DNA of 17,161 bases from positions 1-17,161 of the forward strand of contig CAVXJS010000025.1 of assembly GCA_963762145.1 (NCBI GenBank), given 5' to 3'. Below, in pieces: positions 1 to 11,041 of this stretch. The translations under genes and the position numbers were made by a program. Positions within the stretch are counted from its first letter, which is position 1. Each line of letters begins with the position of its first letter. The DNA comes from an uncultured Candidatus Rokubacteria bacterium. Lineage in GTDB: Bacteria; Methylomirabilota; Methylomirabilia; Rokubacteriales; CSP1-6. A model generated the notes under the pieces. It was not told the origin of the DNA. It searched no databases and was given only the letters and a program-made list of their open reading frames with translations.

Positions 1-29
1 CGGCCACTGACTTGCCGGCGCGAGAATCG

Positions 30-365
30 CTACGTCTTCGCGTGCAAGAGCACGCGCTCGTAGGTCGTGCGCACGCGCGTCGAGAAGGCGCCGATATCAC
101 GGTCGTAGATCCTGATCAGTTCTCCGATCTCGGGACCGCTGAGCGCGGCAGCGAGCTTGGCCGCGCTCTCGAACGCGTAGAGGGCCATGTACTGGTGCGA
201 GCCGTCACCCAGCACGACCTTGTAGCGGGCGGCGCCGATACAGCCCGGGAGCATGCGCACGGCATCGGGCACGTGCTCGTTGTCGTACCAGCGGTTGAAC
301 TCGGCCTCGCGGCCGGGCTCCACCGTGGCCTGCACGCTCAGCATGTGTTCCGGGAACATGTCCAC
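30..365 (-). CDS. EthD/DUF4286-like dimeric alpha-beta barrel protein
   Basis: Motif 'EAEFNRWYDNEHVPDAVRMLPGCIGAARY...YMALYAFES' is typical of EthD-like/DABB proteins. Start may instead be the ATG at 359. Confidence 0.7.
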   Translation of the reverse strand: MDMFPEHMLSVQATVEPGREAEFNRWYDNEHVPDAVRMLPGCIGAARYKVVLGDGSHQYMALYAFESAAKLAAALSGPEIGELIRIYDRDIGAFSTRVRTTYERVLLHAKT

Positions 366-394
366 GCTCTTCGCCCAGCCCTAGTCCCGGCCGG

Positions 395-784
395 TCAATC
401 GACCTTCGCCGCCACCGCCTCGATCTCGATCTTCAATTCCGGCCGGGCCAGCCCGGCAACGACGATGAAGGTCGCGCCCGGCTTGTGCGCGCCCATGACG
501 CGGTCGCGAATGGCGACAAACGCCTGCAGGTCCGCCCGGTCGGTGAAATACACGTCGAAGCGGACGACGTCGGCGAAGTCCATGCGCGCCGCCTTCAGCA
601 CCTCCCGGACCCTCTCGAACGCGACCTCCGTCTGCTCCGACGCCGTCTCGGGCGCGGTGCCGTCGAGCCTGGTGCCGGTTTGGCCGTTGGTGAACAGCAG
701 CCTGGCGCCGGCCGGCACCTCGACCCCGTGGGCGACGTTACTTGAATGACGATAGATCCGATCGAGGACGTGGACCTTTAGCAC
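395..784 (-). CDS. RidA/YjgF/UK114 family protein
   Basis: 'LLFTNGQTG', 'EQTEVAFERVREVLKAA', 'VVAGLARPELKIEIEAVAA' are Rid-family motifs. Start placed at GTG 784, preceded by AAAGGA, rather than the ORF-track start at 856. Confidence 0.88.
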   Translation of the reverse strand: MLKVHVLDRIYRHSSNVAHGVEVPAGARLLFTNGQTGTRLDGTAPETASEQTEVAFERVREVLKAARMDFADVVRFDVYFTDRADLQAFVAIRDRVMGAHKPGATFIVVAGLARPELKIEIEAVAAKVD

Positions 785-890
785 GGTGGGGATCCTTTCG
801 CGGGAGGTTGAACGAAGCGAGCCGCAGTATAGCCGGTTTCGGTGAGAGCCTCGCACAAGGGTCTGCGCGCGGCCGAGCCTGCGTGGTGGC

Positions 891-1805
891 TCAGCCGGCG
901 CCCTGCGACTCCGCCACCCGCCGCATCCAGTAGCGGAACCAGTCTCGCCCGTAGGGCACGTAGAGCCGGGGCGTCACTCCGCGCGCGAGCAGGGGCGCGT
1001 GGTCCTCGGGCCGGACCCCGAGCAGCATCTCCACGTCCATCGGGCCGAGCTCGGCGAGCAGGCCGTCGCGAAGCGCCGCGTCGTGGGTAGCCAGCGTCAC
1101 GCGTGCCCCCGCCGCGCGGAGCGAGCGGGCGAGCCGGCGGTAGGCATCGTCGGTGGCCGGCCCGTAGCGATGGGCCACTCGCTCCGGCTCGACGTACGCG
1201 CCCTTGACGAGCCGGATGCCGAGCCCCGCCTCCACCAGGCGCGGCCAGTCGTCCGCGCTGCGGCGGAGGTTCGCCTGCAACGTGGCCTGCACGGGCACGC
1301 CGCGCCCGGCGAGCGCGACGAGGATCTGGTGGCTGGCGTCGATGCGGCCGCTGTCCTCGGCGCCCACGTCGAGCCCGCGGCCTGCCGGCAGCGCGTCGAC
1401 AATGCGCTCGAGCTGGCGCAGGCAGAACTCGGCCGAGACGTCCTGTCCCACGTGCGAGAGGTCCAGGGCCACGCTGGCCGTCGGCGGCGCTTCCGAAAGA
1501 CGGCGGGCGAGCTCGAGGTACCCGTCGACAGCCCGCTCGGCCTCGGCCGCGTCCCGCACCTGCTCGCCGAAGAAGTCGATGGCCGCGCGCAGGCCGCGCG
1601 CATGCAGCGTCCGCGCGATCGCGAGGGCGTCGTCGAGGGTCTCGCCCGCCACGTAGCGGAGGGCGCGGCGGCGCGCCGCCGTCGCGATCGGAGGCAGGGC
1701 GCGGACCAGGCGCTCATAGGTGTCGCTGGTGGCGAGGCGGAAGAGGAGGCGGCGGCGGAGTGCGGGCACGTAACGCCGCGCCCGCCCGGCCGGTGAAAGT
1801 CCCAT
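891..1805 (-). CDS. Monofunctional proline dehydrogenase family protein
   Basis: 'RYVAGETLDDAL', 'DFFGE', 'LQANLRRS', 'IRLVKGAYVE', 'LATHD', 'EMLLGVR', 'LYVPYGRDWFRYWMRRVAE'. Start uncertain (ATG 1805 or GTG 1769). Confidence 0.9.
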   Translation of the reverse strand: MGLSPAGRARRYVPALRRRLLFRLATSDTYERLVRALPPIATAARRRALRYVAGETLDDALAIARTLHARGLRAAIDFFGEQVRDAAEAERAVDGYLELARRLSEAPPTASVALDLSHVGQDVSAEFCLRQLERIVDALPAGRGLDVGAEDSGRIDASHQILVALAGRGVPVQATLQANLRRSADDWPRLVEAGLGIRLVKGAYVEPERVAHRYGPATDDAYRRLARSLRAAGARVTLATHDAALRDGLLAELGPMDVEMLLGVRPEDHAPLLARGVTPRLYVPYGRDWFRYWMRRVAESQGAG

Positions 1806-2015
1806 AGTTTGCTCCTCCCGTTTAGGACCGCCATTCCTAAGGGCTCTTCGCTCATCCCCTTCTCCACCGCGAGTCGGCCCACAACACTCAGACCCAGCCT
1901 CCTATACGCGCTCCCGTTACTCTGCTCGGGAATTCTGGTTCAACGGCAGGACGTCTGGGAGAGTCACGGGGACGCAACGGACACCCAATTCCTGGGTGAA
2001 GTCTGGGGTAAACAA

Positions 2016-2048
2016 AGGGGTTAGCGGCAGCTGCGTCCGCTAACCCCT
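2016..2048 (-). terminator. Hairpin/intrinsic terminator downstream of tRNA-Met
   Basis: Perfect 12 bp stem AGGGGTTAGCGG (2016-2027) / CCGCTAACCCCT (2037-2048) with a 9 nt loop, followed by TTGTTT on the minus strand. Confidence 0.65.
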
Positions 2049-2057
2049 CGTGTTCAA

Positions 2058-2134
<77 letters not shown>

Positions 2135-2145
2135 GTGACTGACGT

Positions 2146-2174
2146 AATGTAACCGACACCCGGGGCGGAGTCAA
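2146..2174 (-). promoter_or_regulatory. Sigma70-type promoter of tRNA-fMet
   Basis: Minus strand TTGACT (2174-2169), 17 bp spacer, TACATT (2151-2146), ending 11 nt upstream of the tRNA 5' end. Confidence 0.75.
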
Positions 2175-2189
2175 CCTCGGGGAGCCGCC

Positions 2190-3617
2190 TGCTGCTACAT
2201 GAAAATGTCCTGGGGTAACTGCTACGTGAGAGTGCTCCCCCCCCATGGAGACTTTCACGTTGAGCCGCAAGGAACTGCATCGCCCGGGGTTGCTGAAGGC
2301 TGCGCTCGGAGGGCGTCTCACGAATCGCCAGGTGGCAGGGGCGCTGGGCCTGACCGTCCGCCAGGTCCGGCGCCTCAAGCGCCGGCTGGAAGCCGGCGGG
2401 GCGGCGGCGCTGGGCCACCGTAGCCGGGGGCGCCCGTCACCCCGCCGCCTGCCGCCCGCCCTGCGGGCGGAGGTGGGGCGCCTGATGACCACCGTCTACG
2501 CGGGCTTCAACGATACGCATCTGACCGAGAAGCTCCGCGAGGCGCACGGCCTGGCGCTCTCGCGGGAGTCCGTGCGCCGCCTGCGGTGTGCCCTGGGCCG
2601 GCCCGCCCGCCGCGCCCGCGCCGCGCCCCGCGGCCGCCGGCGCCGCATCCCGGAAGCCGCGCGCGGGGCCCTCGTGCAGATCGACGGCAGCCCGTTTGCC
2701 TGGCTCGAGGGGCGCGGGCCGGCGGGCATGCTGCTCGGCGCCGTCGACGATGCCACCAGCGAGATCCTCGCGCTGCACTTTCGCCCACCGAGGATGTCCA
2801 TGGCTACGCCACCCTCTTTCGCCAGCTGTTCACCCGCCACGGCCTGCCGCTGGCCGTCTACGGCGATCGCCTCAATCTCCTGGTCCGCAACGATCGGCAC
2901 TGGTCGCTCGCCGAGCAACTTGCGGGGGCGCAGGGCCCGACCCATCTCGGCCGCATGCTCCAAGACCTTGGCATCGGCTACATTGCCGCTCACTCCCCGC
3001 AGGCCAAAGGCCGCATCGAACGGCTCTGGGCCACCCTGCAGGACCGCCTGGTCAGCGAGCTGCGCCTGCGCCGCATCGCCACCGTCGCGGCCGCCGAGGC
3101 GTACGTGCCGGCCTTCATCGCCGACTTCAATCGCCGCTTCGGCAAACCGCCCGCCGCGCCGACCGCCGTCTGGCGCCGCCCCCCGCGGACCCTGCCGCTG
3201 CTGCTCAGCTGTCGTTACTGGCGCGTCGTCGCGCGCGACAACACGGTCCGCCTCGGCCCCCGCTGGCTGCAACTGCCCCCGCGCCGGGCCCTGGCGGGCC
3301 GCGCGGTCGAGGTCCGGGAACTCCTCGACGGCACCCTCGTCGTGCTCCACGATGGCGCCGTGCTCGCCACGCAACCCGCGCCCGGCCCCGCGTTCATCCT
3401 CAAACCGCGCCAAGGGCCCGGCGTTGCCCCGCGCGCCGCGGTCCCCCGCCACGCGCCGCGGCCCCGGCCTGCGTCACCCCCGCGCCCCGGCAGCCGCCCC
3501 CGCGCCTCGCATCCCTGGCGTCACGCGATTGCGCAGGACATCCGTCGCCACCTCGCTAAGAAGGGGAGGACATTTTCACGTAGCAGTCAGGGAGGACATT
3601 CTCATTGACCAGCGACA
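2190..3617 (+). mobile_element. Insertion sequence, IS1202 (ISNCY)/IS481-like family
   Basis: Imperfect terminal inverted repeats: left TGCTGCTACATGAAAATGTCC, right (reverse complement) TGTCGCTGGTCAATGAGAATGTCC. Each end has a second subterminal copy. Flanking direct repeat CCTCGGG-GAG-CCGCC (2175-2189) / CCTCGGGCGAGACCGCC (3618-3634). Encodes a DDE transposase. Confidence 0.85.
2245..3608 (+). CDS. DDE transposase (HTH + rve-like core), one frameshift near 2785
   Basis: N-terminal HTH 'VAGALGLTVRQVRRLKRR', catalytic 'LVQIDGS', then in the other frame 'PTEDVHGY...VYGDR...AHSPQAKGRIERLWATLQDRL'. One C appears missing in CGCCCACC. Stop codon lies inside the right inverted repeat. Confidence 0.88.
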
Positions 3618-3672
3618 CCTCGGGCGAGACCGCCGAGGACGCCGCCGAGCCGTGCGAAGATTCGCCGGCAGC

Positions 3673-4817
3673 ATGCGCACGCTGATCGTGGGCGCCGGCC
3701 CGGCCGGCCTGTACCTGGCCTACCTGCTGCACCGCCAGCGGCCGGACGACTCCATCCGGATCGTCGAGCAGAACCCGCCGGACTCGACCTTCGGCTTCGG
3801 GGTCGTCTTCTCCGACCGCGCGCTCGAGTTCCTGCGCGACGACGATCCGGAGACCTACGATCTGCTCACGCCGGCCATGGAGCGGTGGGCCGATCTGACG
3901 GTCACCCATCGCGGGGAGCGCATCACCATCGACGGCGTCGGCTTCGCGGCGATCGGGCGCCTCGCCTTGCTGCAGAGGCTGGAGCCGGCGCCTGGAGGCG
4001 GTCGGGATCACCCCGGAGTACCGGCACCTCGTGTCGGAGGAGCGCGAGCTCGAGGGCTTCGACCTCGTGGTGGCGGCCGACGGCGCCAACTCGTTCGTGC
4101 GGCGCGGCCTCGAGCGCCGGCTGGGCACATCGAGCACCCTGATGTCGAACCGGTTCGTCTGGTACGGCACGACCCGGCGCTTCGAGACCCTCAGCCAGAC
4201 CTTCGTGGCCGACGAGGCCGGCGCCTTCAACGCCCACCACTACCGGTACGCGCCCGGGATGAGCACCTTCATCGTCGAGACCGACGCGGCGACGTGGGCG
4301 CGCGCGGGCTTCGCCCGCATGGACGAGGCCGGGACGCGGGCCTACTGCGAGCGGGTGTTCGCGCGCGAGCTCGACGGGCACCCGCTGATCGCCAACCGGT
4401 CGATCTGGCGCCAGTTCCCCCGGATCACCAACGCGCGCTGGTCGGCCGGCAACCGGGTCCTGGTCGGCGACGCGGCCCACACCGCGCACTTCTCCATCGG
4501 CTCCGGCACGCGCCTGGCCTTCGAGGACGCCATCGCGCTGGCCAGGGCCCTCCGCGACCAGACCGGCGACCTGCCCGCGGCGCTGCAGGCGTACGAGGCC
4601 GCGCGTCGGCCAATCGTCGACAAGATCGTCGCGGCCGCGGACGCCAGCGCCGGCTGGTACGAGCGCTTCGCCGAGCACATGGCCCTGCCGCCGTGGGATC
4701 TGGCCTGGAGCTACATCCAGCGGAGCGGACGCGTGGACGTGGAGCGGCTGGCGCAAGTCTCACCACGATTCGTCGCCGGCTATCGGGCGCGAACCGCCGG
4801 CGATCCCGCCTGGCTAG
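3673..4817 (+). CDS. FAD-dependent monooxygenase (similar to the hydroxylase domain of salicyloyl-/anthraniloyl-CoA monooxygenases), frameshift near 3985; 3' end uncertain
   Basis: 'MRTLIVGAGPAGLY', 'TFGFGVVFSD', 'DLVVAADGANS', 'LVGDAAHTAHFSIGSGTRLAFEDA'. As sequenced the frame reads on through the repeat to 5071. The out-of-frame TAG at 4815-4817 is the more plausible end (inference). Confidence 0.82.
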
Positions 4818-4823
4818 CGCCCC

Positions 4824-8071
<3,248 letters not shown>

Positions 8072-8072
<1 letters not shown>

Positions 8073-8957
8073 CAGGCCTTCCGTTCGAGGATGAAGCGCC
8101 CGAGGGCGCGAATGGGCTCGGCGCGCGGGCCCAGGACCCGGAGCGATTCTTCCGCGTCGCGGATCAGGAACGCGGCGCGAGCCCGGGAGGCCTCGATGCC
8201 GTGAATGGCGGGATAGGTCGCCTTCTGCTGGATCTGGTCCTTCCCCGCCGTCTTGCCCAGCTCTTCCGAGCTCGCGACCACGTCGAGGATGTCGTCCACG
8301 ATCTGGAAGGCGAGGCCCAGGTCGGCGCCCGCGACGCTCAGCGCGCGCATCTGCGCGGCGTCGGCCCCGCACAGCGCGGCGCCGATGCGGAGCGAGGTGC
8401 GAATCAACGCGCCCGTCTTGTGGGCATGGATGTAGTCGACCATGTCGGCGCCCACCCGGCGGCCCTCGGCCTCGAGATCGGCCACCTGGCCCGCCACCAT
8501 GCCCTTGTGGCCCGCCGCGTCGGCGATGTCCACCACGACGTCCCGCAGGGCGGCGCTCTGCGCCCGCGTTGTCGGCGACCAGCCGGAAGGCGAGGGTCAG
8601 GAGCGCGTCGCCGGCGAGGATGGCCATCGCCTCGCCGAACACCTTGTGGTTGGTGGGCACGCCGCGGCGGAAGTCGTCGTTGTCCATCGCGGGCAGGTCG
8701 TCGTGGACCAGCGAGTAGGTGTGGATCAGCTCCATCGCGCACGCGGTGGGCATCACCTGTTCCGCGGTGCCGCCCACCGCCTCCGCCCCCGCGATGACCA
8801 GCACCGGGCGCAGCCGCTTGCCGCCCGCGAAGACGCTGTAGCGCATCGCCTTGTGCAGGGTCTCGGGCCGGAGCGTCTCGGCGGGCAGGAAGCGCTCGAG
8901 CGCCGCGTCCACCGCCGCCGCCCGCTGCTTCATGTACGCGTCGAGATCGAAGCTCAC
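8072..8957 (-). CDS. ispA: Farnesyl/geranylgeranyl diphosphate synthase (frameshift near 8550-8560)
   Basis: 'GGKRLRP', '[24 protein letters not shown]', 'AILAGDALL', '[10 protein letters not shown]', 'KTGAL', '[10 protein letters not shown]', 'LGKTAGKD'. Follows xseB. Confidence 0.93.
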
Positions 8958-9193
8958 GCGCGATCGTCCTCGGCCAGGTCGAACGGCGCGACCTTCAGCA
9001 CCCCGCTCTCGTCCCGCGTCAGGAGCTCGATGCGCTTCTCGGCCTCGTCGAGGTACTTGCCGCAGCGGCGGGCCAGACCCACGCCCTCCTCGAACACCTG
9101 CAGCGACTCCTCGAGCGAGAGGTTCCCCGCCTCGAGCTGGTCCACGATCTGCTCGAGCCGTTGTAGCGCCGTTTCAAACTTGATGTCGGTCAT
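8954..9193 (-). CDS. xseB: Exodeoxyribonuclease VII small subunit
   Basis: '[34 protein letters not shown]', located between xseA and ispA. Confidence 0.95.
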   Translation of the reverse strand: MTDIKFETALQRLEQIVDQLEAGNLSLEESLQVFEEGVGLARRCGKYLDEAEKRIELLTRDESGVLKVAPFDLAEDDRA

Positions 9194-10529
9194 CTCGTTC
9201 CTTGAGACGCTCCACCCGGGCGTCCAGCACGCCCTGGTGCAGCAGGATCTCGATGGCGTCGCCGGGGCGCGTCTGCGCGGCGGTGCGAACGATCACGCCC
9301 GAGGACAGCCGGGTCAAACTGTAGCCTCGCCCGAGCACGGCCAGCGGGGAGAGGCTGTCGAGCTGCCCGACCGCGGCGTCGAACCGGTGACGGGACGCCT
9401 TCACGCTGTGCCCCGCCGCCGAGGCGAGCCGGCCACGCAGCTGCGCGAGCAACGTCGTGCCGTTGGCAATCCTAGCGACCGGGTTGAGAGAGCGCAAGGC
9501 GTTTCTGGCCAGAGACACGCGGTGCGCGGCATCCTGCCGCCGATGCCGCGCCGCGAGAGCGAGCCGGGTGGTCAGCTCGTCGAGCCGCCGGTGCAGATCG
9601 CGGAGGGGGCGCGAGGCGTCGGTGAGCACGCGGCGCCGGGCGAGCGCGTCCACCCGCTCCCGCTCGCGCTCGAGACGGTCGGCCATCGCCTGCTTCAGCG
9701 ACTCGTAGAGGCCGCACAGCGCGCGGACCACCTGCAGCTTCTCCAGCACCACCAGCTCCGCCGCCGCCGACGGCGTGGGCGCGCGCAGATCGGCCACGAA
9801 GTCCGCAATGGTGAAGTCGGTCTCGTGGCCCACCGCCGAGATCACGGGCACCCGGCACGCGGCGATCGCGCGCGCGACCCGCTCGTCGTTGAACGCCCAG
9901 AGATCCTCGATGGAGCCGCCGCCCCGGCCCACGATCACCACGTCGAGGTCCGCGATCTCCTGGAGCGCGGCGATCGCCCGCACGATCTCGCCCGGGGCCT
10001 CCTCGCCCTGCACCCGCACCGGGGTGATCAGGATGCGTAGATCCGCGAAGCGGCGCGCGATGACGTGCAGCATGTCGCGGATGGCCGCGCCGGTGGGCGA
10101 GGTGACGATCCCGATGGTGCGCGGGTACGGGGGCAGCCCGCGCTTGCGGGCCGCGTCGAAGAGGCCCTCGGCCTCGAGCCGCCGCTTGAGCTGCTCGAAC
10201 GCGAGCTGCAGCGCGCCGACGCCCTTGGGCTCCAGCAGCTCGACCACCAACTGGTATTCCCCGCGCGCGAGATAGACGTCGAGGCCGCCGAAGGCCAGCA
10301 CCTGCATGCCGTCCTCGGGCTGAAAGGCCACCCGCCGGCCGCGCCCGCGGAAGAGCACGCAGCGGAGCTGGGCGGTGTCGTCCTTCAGCGTGAAGTAGGC
10401 GTGCCCCGACGAGGGCGTGCGCAGGTTCGAGATCTCCCCCTCCACCCACACCGCCGGAAACTGATCCTCCAGCGACGTCTTGATCCGCATCGCCAGCTCG
10501 CTCACGGTACAGACGATCCGCTCGCTCAT
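9174..10529 (-). CDS. xseA: Exodeoxyribonuclease VII large subunit
   Basis: 'VWVEGEISN', 'SGHAYFTLKD', 'TSPTGAAIRD', 'GRGGGSIEDLWAFN', 'SAVGHETD', 'RAPTPSAAAE', 'LSPLAVLGRGYS'. Confidence 0.97.
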   Translation of the reverse strand: MSERIVCTVSELAMRIKTSLEDQFPAVWVEGEISNLRTPSSGHAYFTLKDDTAQLRCVLFRGRGRRVAFQPEDGMQVLAFGGLDVYLARGEYQLVVELLEPKGVGALQLAFEQLKRRLEAEGLFDAARKRGLPPYPRTIGIVTSPTGAAIRDMLHVIARRFADLRILITPVRVQGEEAPGEIVRAIAALQEIADLDVVIVGRGGGSIEDLWAFNDERVARAIAACRVPVISAVGHETDFTIADFVADLRAPTPSAAAELVVLEKLQVVRALCGLYESLKQAMADRLERERERVDALARRRVLTDASRPLRDLHRRLDELTTRLALAARHRRQDAAHRVSLARNALRSLNPVARIANGTTLLAQLRGRLASAAGHSVKASRHRFDAAVGQLDSLSPLAVLGRGYSLTRLSSGVIVRTAAQTRPGDAIEILLHQGVLDARVERLKERDDRHQV

Positions 10530-11041
10530 GACCCCCTCACCCTACCCTCTCCCCCTTCGGGGGCGAGGGTCCCCCGATCTTCCCCCTCTCCCCTCTGGGG
10601 AGAGGGCCGGGGTGAGGGGCGCGCAGAGCTCAGCGCTTCGGCAATGCGCTGAACCATACCGTCGGTATTCGCGAGCGCCTCGTTGTCCCAGAACCGCAGG
10701 ACGCGATAACCCAACGCCTGAAGGAACGCGGTACGCGCCGCGTCGTAGCCAGCGTGCGCCGCATGCTGGCCACCATCAAGCTCGACAATCAGCTTCGCCT
10801 CACGGCAGCAGAAGTCGACGATGTACGGGCCGATCGGCATCTGGCGCGCGAACTTGGCGCCGAGGAGGCGGCGATCGCGTAGGCGCGCCCACAACCGGCG
10901 CTCGGCGTCGGTCTGGCGGCGGCGCAACCCGCGCGCGAAGTCGCGCGGTGATTCGCAGACGGCGCGCAACTCGACCCCGCCCCTCACCCTGCCCTCTCCC
11001 CGGAGGGGAGAGGGTATGTAGGCCGCCAATGTCTCGGTCAT
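10526..11041 (-). CDS. DUF559 / Vsr-like endonuclease domain protein with REP-encoded N- and C-terminal tails
   Basis: 'ARGLRRRQTDAERRLWARLR', 'KFARQMPIGPYIVDF', 'LIVELDGGQH', 'DAARTAFLQALGYRVLRFWDNE' match DUF559. The tails 'PSPLRGEGRVRG' and '[12 protein letters not shown]...GEGRVRG' are translated repeats. Confidence 0.9.
   Translation of the reverse strand: MTETLAAYIPSPLRGEGRVRGGVELRAVCESPRDFARGLRRRQTDAERRLWARLRDRRLLGAKFARQMPIGPYIVDFCCREAKLIVELDGGQHAAHAGYDAARTAFLQALGYRVLRFWDNEALANTDGMVQRIAEALSSARPSPRPSPQRGEGEDRGTLAPEGGEGRVRGS
10532..10619. repeat. Inverted REP pair (10532-10569, 10582-10619)
   Basis: CCCCCTCACCCTACCCTCTCCCCCTTCGGGGGCGAGGG, 12 nt spacer, CCCCCTCTCCCCTCTGGGGAGAGGGCCGGGGTGAGGGG. 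Confidence 0.9.
10980..11014 (+). repeat. REP-like unit in the 5' end of the DUF559 gene
   Basis: CCCCTCACCCTGCCCTCTCCCCGGAGGGGAGAGGG, differing from 8001-8035 only at one loop base. Confidence 0.9.

Noticed and set aside
2770-2800. Programmed frameshift in the transposase
   Set aside because: No slippery A/T heptamer. The break lies in a short C run inside the catalytic domain, within a region full of similar indels.
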